Part shown: positions 8,619 to 18,904 of the stretch, in pieces
How the letters are laid out: every line of letters begins with the position of its first letter
Position numbering within the stretch: the stretch's first letter is position 1
IMG/VR virus record: IMGVR_UViG_3300033067_001948
Location: 1 to 50,740 of that record
DNA length: 50,740 bases
Reading direction: 5' to 3' (one strand)
DNA from: a virus
Taxonomy: Duplodnaviria; Caudoviricetes
Made by a program: the position numbers and the translations under genes
The notes under the pieces: generated by a model
Database searches by the model: none
Told to the model about the DNA's origin: nothing
The model's input: the letters and a program-made list of their open reading frames with translations, nothing else

Positions 8619-9222
8619 CCTTTGTGCGATCGCAGTGATTGCGGTGCTGGCTGCCACAGCCAACTGCATGGTGTTCGGCAGCCTCGCACCGTTGCACCAA
8701 TTTCCCTACTATTCGACGTGTGACCAATACACGGCGAAAACCTCGAAACCCTGTCCGGCGTTTGACCCTGCCTATCCAGTCAAGAGTTGGGTGGATCCGA
8801 ATCCGCCTGCACCTGATGAGGACGGCATGGTCACGTATCTCGGCATCGCTTTGGCGAAGGACGGCAAGACTCCGCTCGTCAAAGACGGTAAGCCGTATTT
8901 GAAGCCGTTCAAGATTCCGGCGGAGCTGGCCGGCCGCGTGAACATCGCGTTTAAGACCACATCGCCATCGGATAACCGGGTGGACACGCCCAATCCAAAG
9001 GGCGAATATCAGATGCCACTGCGCGAGCTGCAGGGCGCAGAGCAGCTTGGCTTTGGATTCGGTGGAATCCCGATCGTACAGGCCGCGATAACAATGTCGA
9101 GCGGCGGTCCAGTGGCGACGGGACCACTGAGCAGCTCGGCCGATGCCGCGATTCAAAAGCTCGCAGATTTGATTGAGGTGCTGTCGGCAAAGCTCGATCT
9201 GCTCATTGCGACAGCGAAGTGA
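8593..9222 (+). CDS. putative exported protein
   Basis: MNLRRFVPSLCAIAVIAVLAATANC signal-like leader; ATG 10 nt after GGCAA. Confidence 0.7.
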   Translation: MNLRRFVPSLCAIAVIAVLAATANCMVFGSLAPLHQFPYYSTCDQYTAKTSKPCPAFDPAYPVKSWVDPNPPAPDEDGMVTYLGIALAKDGKTPLVKDGKPYLKPFKIPAELAGRVNIAFKTTSPSDNRVDTPNPKGEYQMPLRELQGAEQLGFGFGGIPIVQAAITMSSGGPVATGPLSSSADAAIQKLADLIEVLSAKLDLLIATAK

Positions 9223-9228
9223 ACCGTA

Positions 9229-9256
9229 CGGGCTTCGTCAGTGCTGGCGAAGCCCG
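9229..9256 (+). terminator. 12-bp hairpin after the gene (no U-tract)
   Basis: CGGGCTTCGTCA-GTGC-TGGCGAAGCCCG. Confidence 0.4.
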
Positions 9257-9313
9257 CTCCTAACATGATTGTGAGGCGTGCTCGCGCCTCTGTTTGAAAA
9301 GGATGGTAACAGA

Positions 9314-9775
9314 ATGAGCGCTGTACTGATGATTGGCTCCCACGCCTGCGGCTGTGGCCGCACAATCTCCGCAAATAAGAACGTCTGCAAGCCGTGCCTG
9401 GATGAAGCGGCGGAGATTCAGAGGGGCGCAGCGCAGTACGGCTGGCATCACTGGGCCGTCGTTGCAGCTTGCGAACGGCAGTTGATGTCTCACGGTTGGG
9501 GCATTACCGTAGCGCGGGCGCAGAACCTCCAGAACAGCATGTTCGTGCAGCGCGTCAAGGCAGTCCACCTGCACCGGCCGGAAATCATGTTTGAATCCGT
9601 CTTCACCCGTGAGATGGTGATGGACGCAAAGAACGGAGACGTGTTTCGCGCAGCGCACGCGCACTGCATCCGCCAGATTCACGAGAAGGTGTTTCCGGCA
9701 GACGCGGCGGCGCCGTTGATTCACACGCCTTGCTCATGTGGACACTGCGAGAACTGTACCGGCCGCGTGGTGTAG
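9314..9775 (+). CDS. Cys/His-rich hypothetical protein
   Basis: CGCGR...CKPC and CSCGHCENC. Confidence 0.55.
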   Translation: MSAVLMIGSHACGCGRTISANKNVCKPCLDEAAEIQRGAAQYGWHHWAVVAACERQLMSHGWGITVARAQNLQNSMFVQRVKAVHLHRPEIMFESVFTREMVMDAKNGDVFRAAHAHCIRQIHEKVFPADAAAPLIHTPCSCGHCENCTGRVV

Positions 9776-10013
9776 TTGCGCGGAAGGCCTGAGTACGCGC
9801 GCTACTATAGTTGGTCATGTGGTGCGAAATTCACAAGCGCGATTTTTCGGGTGATACAGGGCTTTTCAATGAGCCGCTCGGCTGCTGCGCGCTGTGTATC
9901 CTCGACTCTATGTATGCCGAGGAGGATGAACTGTACGGGCCGCCCTGCGACGACTACTGCTTTGATGCCGAATGATCCGACAATAGCCGTGCACCGGCCG
10001 TATAGTGTGAAGT

Positions 10014-10244
10014 GTGATTCAAGACGATGCGGCCGAGGTGGCTCAATACCTCGGAAGAATGATGAACGCGGCTCACACTGCGCGAGAGTACTATTGCGTG
10101 CAAGGTGAAGAAGTCGTCAAGGTTCGTATCGCAAGGCGATTCCTTGATGCGTTCGCGCGCAGCTCTATCCTCGAAATCGTAGACGAGGATATTTTTGAGA
10201 TCGAGGTTGAAAAGCGCGTAACGGACTCGGCAATAGCCGGGTAA
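10014..10244 (+). CDS. hypothetical protein
   Basis: 76 aa ORF. Confidence 0.4.
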   Translation: MIQDDAAEVAQYLGRMMNAAHTAREYYCVQGEEVVKVRIARRFLDAFARSSILEIVDEDIFEIEVEKRVTDSAIAG

Positions 10245-10339
10245 TGCAAATCCGAGACAGACAGCTTCGCGGCGCACGCGTCCAGCTCGGCACGATGCGC
10301 GCAACAATCGGCAAGACTTCCAAACCCCTTTCATAGCGT

Positions 10340-12034
10340 GTGCCCACCCGCTTGCCAACCGAGGAAGAGGCTCGGCAGATCCGTCGAGGGTTCAACGACC
10401 ACGCCGACTTCTGCCGCACCTCCCTCTTAATCCGAAATAAAGCCGGCGACAAAGTCCCGCTCATTCTCACGCCTGGCCAGGCGAAGCAGCAGATCTACAT
10501 CCGTAAACAGGAGCGGCTCGGCTTACCTGTGAGGCTGTGCGTCCTCAAAGCGCGCCAGGTTCACATGAGCGTCGGATCGTGCAGCCAGATCTTCAAGAAA
10601 GTCGCGTTTCTGCCAGGTCAGCAAGGCCTGGTGATGGCGGACATCCTGAAGCGCACTGCATCGCTCTACGACTACTGCAAGCAGTTCGTTGAATCCTACA
10701 AGCCGTATCACGGCCTGCGAATGCTCAACGTGCTGCGCATGGTCGACAACGAGCTGATCGAGTTCGAGGGTGGCAGCAAGCTGATCTTCTCGACGGCGAA
10801 CGACGTCAACAGCGGGCGTGCGTTCTCCATTCGTCACTTTTTGCTGTCCGAGTTCGCATTCTTCCGCGATGCGGCCGAGCTGATGCGTGGCCTGTTGCAG
10901 TCCGTTCCACGCGAGCCAGGTACCACTGGGATCATCGAGACCACAGCCAACGGCATGGGCGGACCCTTCTATGAGCTTTGGCAGGAACAAGAGTCGAACT
11001 GGGGAAAGATGTTCTTCGGGTGGTGGGAGCATCCCGAGTATCGCGTCCCGCTTCACGTTGGACCGTTGGAGTTCGAGCGCAGCCTAACCGCCGAAGAGCG
11101 CGAGATGCGGCGCCTCTATTCGCTGCACCTCGACCAGATCAACTGGCGGCGCTACTGCATCAAAAACGACTGTCTTGGCTCGCTCGACACCTTCAATCAG
11201 GAATATCCGCATTCGCCGGAGGTGGCGTTTCTCACCACCGGCCGGCCGAGGTTCGACCTGCGATCGCTTGAACGCCATCCGATCATCCGGGAGCCGATCA
11301 CTGGCGATCTCGAAATGGTGCGTGTCGGCCTGAAGCACGTTCCACAGTTCATCGTCCGGGAGGACGGCCAGGGAGCGCTCGACGTTTGGAAGCGGCCGGA
11401 GCCTGGCCACTTCTATGTGATCGGCGGCGATCCCTCGAAGGGTATCGACATCGGTGAGGACAGCGGCCGGCAGGATCCGGATTACGCCGTGCTGCAGGTG
11501 CTCGATTATGCGACCGGTGAGCAAGTGGCCCGCTTCCGCGCTCGCATGTCTCCTTACCCGTTTGCGGAATACACGGCCGCCCTGGCCGAGTGGTACAACA
11601 TGGCGTACGTCGTTCCGGAGGCGAACGAGCTCGGCTATATAGAGGCTCTGATCCGGGTCTACCCGATGGACCGGATCTATCACCGCCAGCGGGACGCCGA
11701 CGATCGGCGCCAGGCGACGCTGCACGAAGTTGGCTGGCTCACCACCCGTAACTCGAAGCTGCAGCTCATCAGCCAGCACGACCGAGCCTTGCGCGAGATG
11801 GATGTGATTATTCACGATCCGGCGACGATCCAAGAGCACCGCACGTTTGTCTATATGGCGGACGGCACCGTGCAAGGCCAGCCTGGCTGCCATGATGACT
11901 GCGTCATCAGTCTCGCTTTGGCCACGCTCGGCCGTACTCAGATGCCTCGCAACATCCTCGATCAGCGGGCCGGGCAATCCACATTGCAGCGCTATGGAAA
12001 ACAGCAGAAGCGAAGAGACGAAGACGACGACTGA
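10340..12034 (+). CDS. terL: terminase large subunit
   Basis: LKARQVHMS (Walker A-like), HFLLSEFAF (Walker B), ETTANG, nuclease GGDPSKG...DYAV and HDDCVISLAL. Confidence 0.93.
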   Translation: MPTRLPTEEEARQIRRGFNDHADFCRTSLLIRNKAGDKVPLILTPGQAKQQIYIRKQERLGLPVRLCVLKARQVHMSVGSCSQIFKKVAFLPGQQGLVMADILKRTASLYDYCKQFVESYKPYHGLRMLNVLRMVDNELIEFEGGSKLIFSTANDVNSGRAFSIRHFLLSEFAFFRDAAELMRGLLQSVPREPGTTGIIETTANGMGGPFYELWQEQESNWGKMFFGWWEHPEYRVPLHVGPLEFERSLTAEEREMRRLYSLHLDQINWRRYCIKNDCLGSLDTFNQEYPHSPEVAFLTTGRPRFDLRSLERHPIIREPITGDLEMVRVGLKHVPQFIVREDGQGALDVWKRPEPGHFYVIGGDPSKGIDIGEDSGRQDPDYAVLQVLDYATGEQVARFRARMSPYPFAEYTAALAEWYNMAYVVPEANELGYIEALIRVYPMDRIYHRQRDADDRRQATLHEVGWLTTRNSKLQLISQHDRALREMDVIIHDPATIQEHRTFVYMADGTVQGQPGCHDDCVISLALATLGRTQMPRNILDQRAGQSTLQRYGKQQKRRDEDDD

Positions 12035-12212
12035 GGCGGCGTTAGAGTACGAAATCGCCGAGCTGCAGAAGCCATATGTTGTGCGCAATCAACAGGGGTG
12101 CTGTGTGGACATGATTCGTTTTGCAACCGAGCAGCTTGAGCTGTTTCGCGCCTGGCTGAAGGCCTCCCGCCGATTGAAGGAGCTGCGGAAGGCAGCCGGT
12201 TGCACCGCATGA
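11994..12212 (+). CDS. hypothetical protein
   Basis: 72 aa ORF bridging terL and portal with ATGA overlap. Confidence 0.5.
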   Translation: MENSRSEETKTTTEAALEYEIAELQKPYVVRNQQGCCVDMIRFATEQLELFRAWLKASRRLKELRKAAGCTA

Positions 12213-14455
12213 TCGACCAGCCGGCACTCATCCGACTCCATCCGGAGGAACTGTCGCGCCTGCAGAACCGCATCGACGACATGTATCGGCGCGCCTCGAT
12301 GGATCACGAATTGCGGATGAAGAAGTTCCAGGGCTATTACCGCAAGTTCCGGAACCTCACCGATGGACCGCTCGCCGGCAACCGCCAGAAGCCCACCGCA
12401 AACGTCCCCTTTCTGCAGTGGCAGACGCTCACCAAGTGGTCGAGTGTCATGCAGGCGATTCTTGGCGACGATGCAGAGGTTCTAGCTCGAGCTGTGGGTC
12501 CGCACGATCAGAAGCTGGTGAAGAAGGTCTCGCGCTATGTGAACTGGCTGATCTTCGAATCCATGCGCGCAACGAACCCGCTCGCCGTGTTCTTCTTCCG
12601 CGCGATCGTCTTCGGCCGATCCCATGCGGCGATGCCCTATAAGACCGAATCGTTTTACTCTCCGGAGACGGGCAAACGTGAAGTCTCCTATGAGGGGCCT
12701 GACTTTCGGCCGCTGTGGCCGGATCAGATCGTCGTGCCGGCGGAGAATCCGGATGTGCAGCAAGGCATCGACGGCTTTTCGTGGGTGATCGAACGCAGTA
12801 TCGTGCAGCCGAATGACCTGTTGCTCGGTGAGCAGGAAGGGCGTTATTACAACATCTCCGCACCGGAATTCTGGGACAAGATCGTGAAGCAGGCGGAGTC
12901 CGGCGAGCTTCGCGACGTCGAACAAAACCAGGACTCGGTACAGGAAGCAGGCGACGAAGCCGAAGGTGTGACGCGCAACTACTCGCAAAGCGGCGCCGGC
13001 CTCGAAATGCAGAAGGTCTACATCAAGTACCGGCTGCCGAAGAAGAACCGCAAAGACGTTGCGGCGGACGATTGGCGCAATCGCAACCTCGAAGAGAGTG
13101 AGCTGCTGGTCAACTACCTCCCGCGGCTGAACCTCATCGTCGGTATTCGCGATCGCCAGGTGATGTATCCGCGGTCTCAAAAGCGGATCCCGATCGTAGA
13201 GAGCGCCCTGATTCAGGATGGAACGTACTGGGGCCCTGGCTTCGGCGAGCTGCTCAGCAGCATCCAGGATCAGCTCACCGACGTGGATCAGCGCGCGACG
13301 CGAGCCGAGCAGTTCTCGACCGGTCCCGTCATTTTCTACAACGCGCAGAGCGGCTTCAATGCGCAGACCTTCGAATACGAACCCTACACGTGCTGCCCGG
13401 TGAACGATGCGAGCGGCGTGCAGGTTGTGCAGATGCAGGCCAACTTCGAAGGCGCGATCATCCGGAGCCAGGCCATCAAGAGCTATGGCGAATCGGTGAC
13501 CGGCCAGAACGATCAGAGCCTGGGGCGGTCCATTGATCGGCCGAACGCGCCACGCACGGCCGCCGGCCAGATTGCACTGATCGAACAGGGCAACATCCGC
13601 GCGTATTTGGACACCATGTTTCTGCGCGAGGATCTGTCGAAGATCCTCAAATGGGCGTGGGCGCTCGAAGCCACGTTCGCCGGGCCGAAAAAGTTCTTCC
13701 GGGTTACCGAGGAATCGGCCGATGGGCTTTTTGAGCGTCGCAAGGGCGGCGCGATCATGACGGCCGACGAGTTCGCCGGCGCCTACGACTTCGATATCAA
13801 GTTCGCCACTTCCTACTGGTCAAAGGAAGCGCAGAAGGAACGCGATCTGCAGCTGTTCGGATTCGACCTGCAGAACCCGCTGTTTTTGACCAATCCGCAG
13901 GCGCTGTGGCATGCGACGAACCGCATCCACAAAGCGATGGGAGACGACAACCTGGCCGCAGTGCTTCCGCAGCCTCCGGAGCTCGATCTTCCGAAGTCGC
14001 CGAGCGATGAGTGGACGATCATGCTGCAGGGTGAAGCCGTAGCGGTGAACCCGCAGGACAACGACGATCTGCATCTGATGCAGCATTACGGCCAGATGCA
14101 AGACGAGCGCGATGCCCGGACTCCGGATCAGAAGGCGATGCAGGCACTTACGGTGCACATCATCGCTCACGAGAAGCAGAAGCGGGTCAAGATGCTCATG
14201 CAGGCGATGGCAAGTAACTTGTCGCAGACGATCGCGGCCAACACACAGAACGGAACGCCCGGGCTCAACGCTTCCGGCGGGATGTCGATGTCAATGGCGC
14301 AGCTGCAGGGATTTCTGGCGGAGATGACTGGACAACAGGGAGGGACGCCCGGTGGTAAGACAGTGGCTCAAGCGGCTCCTGGGGCCGGCGGAGGTGGAGG
14401 CGGAACGGGAATGCCCGGAGCAGGGGGAACAGGAGCAATGCCAGCTGCAGGCTGA
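12209..14455 (+). CDS. portal protein (podovirus-type)
   Basis: about 750 aa after TerL; YWGPGFGELL, RTAAGQIALIEQG, C-terminal Q/M-rich helical barrel-like region. Confidence 0.85.
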   Translation: MIDQPALIRLHPEELSRLQNRIDDMYRRASMDHELRMKKFQGYYRKFRNLTDGPLAGNRQKPTANVPFLQWQTLTKWSSVMQAILGDDAEVLARAVGPHDQKLVKKVSRYVNWLIFESMRATNPLAVFFFRAIVFGRSHAAMPYKTESFYSPETGKREVSYEGPDFRPLWPDQIVVPAENPDVQQGIDGFSWVIERSIVQPNDLLLGEQEGRYYNISAPEFWDKIVKQAESGELRDVEQNQDSVQEAGDEAEGVTRNYSQSGAGLEMQKVYIKYRLPKKNRKDVAADDWRNRNLEESELLVNYLPRLNLIVGIRDRQVMYPRSQKRIPIVESALIQDGTYWGPGFGELLSSIQDQLTDVDQRATRAEQFSTGPVIFYNAQSGFNAQTFEYEPYTCCPVNDASGVQVVQMQANFEGAIIRSQAIKSYGESVTGQNDQSLGRSIDRPNAPRTAAGQIALIEQGNIRAYLDTMFLREDLSKILKWAWALEATFAGPKKFFRVTEESADGLFERRKGGAIMTADEFAGAYDFDIKFATSYWSKEAQKERDLQLFGFDLQNPLFLTNPQALWHATNRIHKAMGDDNLAAVLPQPPELDLPKSPSDEWTIMLQGEAVAVNPQDNDDLHLMQHYGQMQDERDARTPDQKAMQALTVHIIAHEKQKRVKMLMQAMASNLSQTIAANTQNGTPGLNASGGMSMSMAQLQGFLAEMTGQQGGTPGGKTVAQAAPGAGGGGGGTGMPGAGGTGAMPAAG

Positions 14456-14576
14456 GGAGCAGACAGTGCAGGAATCCCCGGCTCCGCCCGCTTCGCAACA
14501 GGTCACAACGAAGGCGCGGATTACCGGGGATGCGCTGAAAGCAAAGCTTCGGGAGGAGCGCAGAAAACGTGGTTAA
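14352..14576 (+). CDS. hypothetical protein overlapping the portal 3' end
   Basis: GGAGG upstream; fills the gap to the next gene. Confidence 0.4.
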   Translation: MVRQWLKRLLGPAEVEAERECPEQGEQEQCQLQAEEQTVQESPAPPASQQVTTKARITGDALKAKLREERRKRG

Positions 14577-14841
14577 TCCGGACATCATCGACTTCGATGA
14601 GATGCGGGCCACGCTCGAATCTCCCGGCTGGCACAAGATCCGCGAGTTGTTCTTAAAGCCGCAGTTTCTGAACGCGACCGTTGCACTCCGAAACAAAAAC
14701 AACGACCACGGAGAAACGCAGCACCAGCGCGGATTCCTCGACGCTATCGAGTACGTGTTGCAGCTCAAGGAAAGAATCGCGGCCGAGGAACGCGCACAGA
14801 AAGGCGAACGTGCAAAGCCTCCACAAGTCCACAAACGCTAG
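14569..14841 (+). CDS. small head-associated protein
   Basis: TLESPGWHKIRE...QRGFLDAIEYVL; typical small gene after podoviral portals. Confidence 0.65.
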   Translation: MVNPDIIDFDEMRATLESPGWHKIRELFLKPQFLNATVALRNKNNDHGETQHQRGFLDAIEYVLQLKERIAAEERAQKGERAKPPQVHKR

Positions 14842-14857
14842 CGGCGGACACGTTGTG

Positions 14858-15202
14858 ATGGGTGAGCGGTGTCACTACTGCTCACGGTTCCGGCCTCCAT
14901 CGGAGGTGATGAGAATCGGCGGCGTGATCAAGATGTGCCATCGCTGCTATGAGCATCACGCCAACGCCATCAAGGCTTTCGGCGGTACCGCGCAGCCGGA
15001 GTGCTACGACTGCCAGCGCAAGCTCAGCGAAATGGAAGATGAGGACGGTAAGGGCAATGTCCGTATGCACCTGCACGTACGTGACGGGTGGTTTTATCAG
15101 CTACTGTGCGGACCCTGCTCCGCCAAATACGTCCGCAAGCGCGTGGACCTCTTTGGAGATACCCCTTACGGCGACAAGTTGAAACTCAAGGGGACCAAAT
15201 AG
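14858..15202 (+). CDS. zinc-finger protein
   Basis: four CxxC pairs. Confidence 0.6.
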   Translation: MGERCHYCSRFRPPSEVMRIGGVIKMCHRCYEHHANAIKAFGGTAQPECYDCQRKLSEMEDEDGKGNVRMHLHVRDGWFYQLLCGPCSAKYVRKRVDLFGDTPYGDKLKLKGTK

Positions 15203-16042
15203 GTGGATCACGAAGACGAAGTGCTTGAGGGTGATCATCAGACAGATGATTCCTCCGAAGATGGCGGTTCTGCCAAGGGCGGCCGCAAAGACAAAGACAC
15301 CGTAACGATCTCACGCAAAGAGTATGAGGCGCAGCAGCGCCGCATCGGAGAGCTGGAAGGTAGCGAGCGCTACTGGTCAGAACGCGCCACGCGCGGCGGC
15401 CGCAGCGAAGAGGAAGAGGAGAACGAGGACGAAGAGGAAGACGACGCCGGCGGCCGTGGCCGCGGGCGTAACAGCCGCAAGTCTCGCCAGGAAGACGACG
15501 ACGAAGAGGACGGCTTGCCCGATGACACGCCCACCAAGCTCACGGAGGATCTCACCGAGCAAGGTCTTGAGGCACTCCGCAAACGCGGCGTCATCACCAG
15601 AAAGCAACTGAAGGAAATCCTCGCGCGCCAGGCCGAACAGACCCGCAAACAGGTCGAAAAGACGGTCCGCACCGCAATCGACCGAACCACGAAGACACTC
15701 GCGGCCGATGCAAAGCTCATGGAGCAGTATCCGTTTCTCGCCAAACCGGATTCGGAGGCCTTCAAGCTCGCACAGAAGTACTACAAAGAGGAGCTGCGGG
15801 ACGATCCCGACGTTCCTCAAAAAGTCGCGTTGCGCCATGCAGCGAAGCTGGCGGCCGCGGAAATCCGTTCGACCGATCGCGATCGGCGCCGTCGGATCCA
15901 GGAGCAAGGCGACGACTACTCTCCCCGCCAGTCCGGCTACTCCGACGAAGACGATGATCTGGGCCCGCAGTCGCGCCGCATCATCAGCGATTTCGGCATC
16001 GATGAAAAGACATTCCGCAAGTACCGCAGGGGTGACAACTAA
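15203..16042 (+). CDS. capsid scaffolding protein
   Basis: acidic low-complexity N-terminus, coiled coil, basic C-terminal helix; upstream of the capsid genes. Confidence 0.7.
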   Translation: MDHEDEVLEGDHQTDDSSEDGGSAKGGRKDKDTVTISRKEYEAQQRRIGELEGSERYWSERATRGGRSEEEEENEDEEEDDAGGRGRGRNSRKSRQEDDDEEDGLPDDTPTKLTEDLTEQGLEALRKRGVITRKQLKEILARQAEQTRKQVEKTVRTAIDRTTKTLAADAKLMEQYPFLAKPDSEAFKLAQKYYKEELRDDPDVPQKVALRHAAKLAAAEIRSTDRDRRRRIQEQGDDYSPRQSGYSDEDDDLGPQSRRIISDFGIDEKTFRKYRRGDN

Positions 16043-16743
16043 TGGCTGAGAAGAAAACAGCACGGCAGCGCTCTGAAGAGCGCCTGGCTCGCAAAGAGAT
16101 GGCCGGGATTCCGGATTCGAGGCCGTTCGCCCAAACCGGAAACGATCCCTATGCCCACTTGCGTGAGCTTCACGTTGGCGGAATGCGCGTCGGAGACCTC
16201 CCGGAAGACGTGATCGCGCGCATGTCGTACGATCACACCGACGAAGGGATTGAAGAGCGCAACGCCGGAAAGAAAGAAGGCGCGGCACGCGAGATCTCCG
16301 GACCGCGTGAGAAGAAGATCGCGCAGCGACGCGATCATCTTGGCAATGATTCGTTGGAACCGTGGATGGCTCCGGACCCGCTAAAGCAGTTGGCCGATGA
16401 GCACACCACGCCCGGGTTCAGTCCAAAGTTCCTGTCGCCTGATCTGATCAAGCGCAAGGGAACGCGGGGCTTCCAACCCGTGATCAAGAATGGCGAGCCG
16501 GTCAAGATGGGCGAGCTGATACTGGCGCAAATGCCGATCGAGCAAGTCCAGCAACGGAACCGGAAGTATCGCGAGCTTTCTAACCAAGCGCAGCGCGAGG
16601 TTAGTCAGAATTTTGCGGAGCAACGTGGCGGGCGAGCGAGTGACTTCGATGACGACGTCCCCTCGAACCGACAAGGGCGAGCACTCCCCGTGCTCGGTGA
16701 TGGTCTCCAGAACGATCGGGGCTTCGCTGCACACGACGACTGA
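16042..16743 (+). CDS. head-module hypothetical protein
   Basis: 233 aa, TAATG coupling. Confidence 0.7.
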   Translation: MAEKKTARQRSEERLARKEMAGIPDSRPFAQTGNDPYAHLRELHVGGMRVGDLPEDVIARMSYDHTDEGIEERNAGKKEGAAREISGPREKKIAQRRDHLGNDSLEPWMAPDPLKQLADEHTTPGFSPKFLSPDLIKRKGTRGFQPVIKNGEPVKMGELILAQMPIEQVQQRNRKYRELSNQAQREVSQNFAEQRGGRASDFDDDVPSNRQGRALPVLGDGLQNDRGFAAHDD

Positions 16744-16768
16744 TCTTTTTTAGGAGACCGACAACAAC

Positions 16769-17293
16769 ATGGCGAACAACGATAACCCGCATGGGCTTCG
16801 TCCGCTCGGCCGCGTTATCGGAGGTGGCGAACCCGAAATTCTGGGGTTCGATAAAGATGCCTCCGAGGCCGCCGCTATCTTCATGTGGGATGCGGTGAAC
16901 CAGGAAGCCGATGGAAACATCGAGGCCAACAGCGCCACGCCTGGCACCACACTCTACACCGGCGTTTCGCTCAACTACGGCGCCGCGTCGACGCTCACGC
17001 GCCATCTGGTGATGGTGAGCCCCAACGCGCTCTTTGAGGCGCAGGACAACAACGACACTGACGGCTTTGCGGCCGCTGATGCTGGTCTCGGCTGCAACAT
17101 CGAACTCAACGCAGGTAGCACCACCACGCAGGTCTCGGGTCACGAACTCGATGAGTCCACCGCGGCGGCTTCCTCGCTCGACGTGAAACTGCTGGAGCTG
17201 CTCGACGTTCCGGACAACGCTTATGGGGCGTTCTCGCGGTGGGTCATTCAGTTCAACAAGCACCGTTTTGCCTACGGTACGGCCGGAGTTTAA
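16769..17293 (+). CDS. capsid decoration/cement protein
   Basis: MANNDNPHGLRP start, beta-rich, directly before the major capsid gene, AGGAG RBS. Confidence 0.7.
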   Translation: MANNDNPHGLRPLGRVIGGGEPEILGFDKDASEAAAIFMWDAVNQEADGNIEANSATPGTTLYTGVSLNYGAASTLTRHLVMVSPNALFEAQDNNDTDGFAAADAGLGCNIELNAGSTTTQVSGHELDESTAAASSLDVKLLELLDVPDNAYGAFSRWVIQFNKHRFAYGTAGV

Positions 17294-17305
17294 GGGAGAG
17301 CATCA

Positions 17306-18229
17306 GTGATCATTCGAGGACAATTTTCAGACTTTTTCAACGAAACGATGCTCCCCGCGCTTCGCGCGACTCTGTGGAACGAATACGATGCGTATCCGAC
17401 ACAGTTCACGGAGATCTTTCAAATCGAAACCTCTACTCGCTCCATCGAGCAGTACAGCGGCGTGACTGGACTCGGTCTCTTCCGTGAGATCGAAGAGGGC
17501 GAGGGAATCTCCTTTGATTCTCCGCTCCAGATGTTCGACAAGACTTTCAAGCACAAGCGTTACGGTTTGGGCTTCAAGGTTTCGCAGGACGTCGTCGAAG
17601 ACGACAAGATCAGCCTGGTAACCAAGCAGACCAAAGAATTGGCCATGTCTGCGAAGGAAACGCAGGAAATCGACGCTGCTTCCACGTTCAATAACGCCTT
17701 CACCGCTGCGTCCTACGCGGGACCGGACGGTAAGGCCCTCTGCGCTTCCGATCATCCGCTCATCAAAAGTGGCGGCAGTCAGTCCAACATCCTTTCTGTC
17801 GCAGCCGACCTCGACCACACCAGTCTGGAGCTGGCACTCACCGACTTTGAGATGATGCGCGACGCGAGCGGCCGTCTACGCCACGTGCCCGTGAAGCGCG
17901 TGGTTGTCGCACCGCAGAACCGCTTCAACGTCCACGAGATTTTGAAGTCGGTGATGCGCAGCGATACGGCGAACAACACAACCAACGGCCTGAAGTATGC
18001 GACCGATGGTATGCCTGATCCGTTTGTGTGGCGTTATCTGACCGATCCGGACGCGTGGTTTCTGACCAGCGCGCCTGGCCGATCCGGTCTCGTGTGGTTC
18101 TGGCGTCGCAAGCCCTACACCAAGGCGGGCACCGACGATCTGACCGAAACGGGACGCTTCATGATGCGCTACCGGAAGTCGCACGGCTTCTATACGTTTT
18201 ACGGCGTTTACGGTACTCCCGGAGCTTAA
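17306..18229 (+). CDS. major capsid protein (HK97 fold, Mu gpT-like family)
   Basis: EGEGISFD, HKRYGLGFKVS...VEDD, GPDGKALCASDHP, YLTDPDAWFL, YGTPGA end. Confidence 0.9.
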   Translation: MIIRGQFSDFFNETMLPALRATLWNEYDAYPTQFTEIFQIETSTRSIEQYSGVTGLGLFREIEEGEGISFDSPLQMFDKTFKHKRYGLGFKVSQDVVEDDKISLVTKQTKELAMSAKETQEIDAASTFNNAFTAASYAGPDGKALCASDHPLIKSGGSQSNILSVAADLDHTSLELALTDFEMMRDASGRLRHVPVKRVVVAPQNRFNVHEILKSVMRSDTANNTTNGLKYATDGMPDPFVWRYLTDPDAWFLTSAPGRSGLVWFWRRKPYTKAGTDDLTETGRFMMRYRKSHGFYTFYGVYGTPGA

Positions 18230-18253
18230 CTCCGGGCTTTCCTTGCAGTGGTT

Positions 18254-18285
18254 AGCGGAGGCCTCCGGGTCTCCGCTCTTTTTCC
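18254..18285 (+). terminator. Rho-independent terminator after the major capsid gene
   Basis: AGCGGAGGCC-TCCG-GGTCTCCGCT followed by a T-run. Confidence 0.8.
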
Positions 18286-18312
18286 CCAGATTTTGAACCC
18301 GAGGTGTGAGAG

Positions 18313-18894
18313 ATGAGAGCTACGCGCTTTTCGAAGCTCCTGGTGAAGGGTGCGCCCGCCAGTGAAATTCCCCTCCAGATCAAGCAGGCTGCCAGCCAGA
18401 CCGGCAAGGCCCTGCAGATTGTGGACTCTTCCGATAACGAGATTTTTGCGATCGGAGCGAACGGCTACGGCGCCACGCGCTACGCCGAAGTGTCGCTCAC
18501 GAACGCGGAAATCAAGGCGCTGCGCGCCACGCCGAAGACGCTGGTTGCGGCTCCCGGAGCCGGCCTGTTGCTGGAATTCGTTTCGGCCGTACTGTTCCTC
18601 GATTACGGCTCGAACGTTCTCACTGAGAGTGCCGACAACATGGCCGTGAAGTACACCGACGGCAGCGGCACCGCGGTGTCCGAAACGATCGAGTGCACTG
18701 GCTTTATCGACCAAAGTGCGGACACCATGACGACGGCTCGCGCAAAAGTGGACGGCATTGTTGCGAAATCGGGCTGCGAAAACAAGGCGCTTGTTCTTCA
18801 CCAGACTGGCGACGGTGAGTGGGGTGGGAACGCTGGTTCAGACACCACGATGCGCGTGAAGGTCGCCTACCGCGTTCACAAGACCGATTGGTAA
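18313..18894 (+). CDS. virion structural protein (head fibre/decoration)
   Basis: GAGGTG RBS; beta-rich; follows the major capsid gene. Confidence 0.65.
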   Translation: MRATRFSKLLVKGAPASEIPLQIKQAASQTGKALQIVDSSDNEIFAIGANGYGATRYAEVSLTNAEIKALRATPKTLVAAPGAGLLLEFVSAVLFLDYGSNVLTESADNMAVKYTDGSGTAVSETIECTGFIDQSADTMTTARAKVDGIVAKSGCENKALVLHQTGDGEWGGNAGSDTTMRVKVAYRVHKTDW

Positions 18895-18904
18895 GGAGTG
18901 AGCG

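Noticed and set aside
11084-12088. Long antisense ORFs (also 15377-16288, 41759-42634, 48645-49514)
   Set aside because: Shadows of well-supported genes in GC-rich DNA with no motifs of their own
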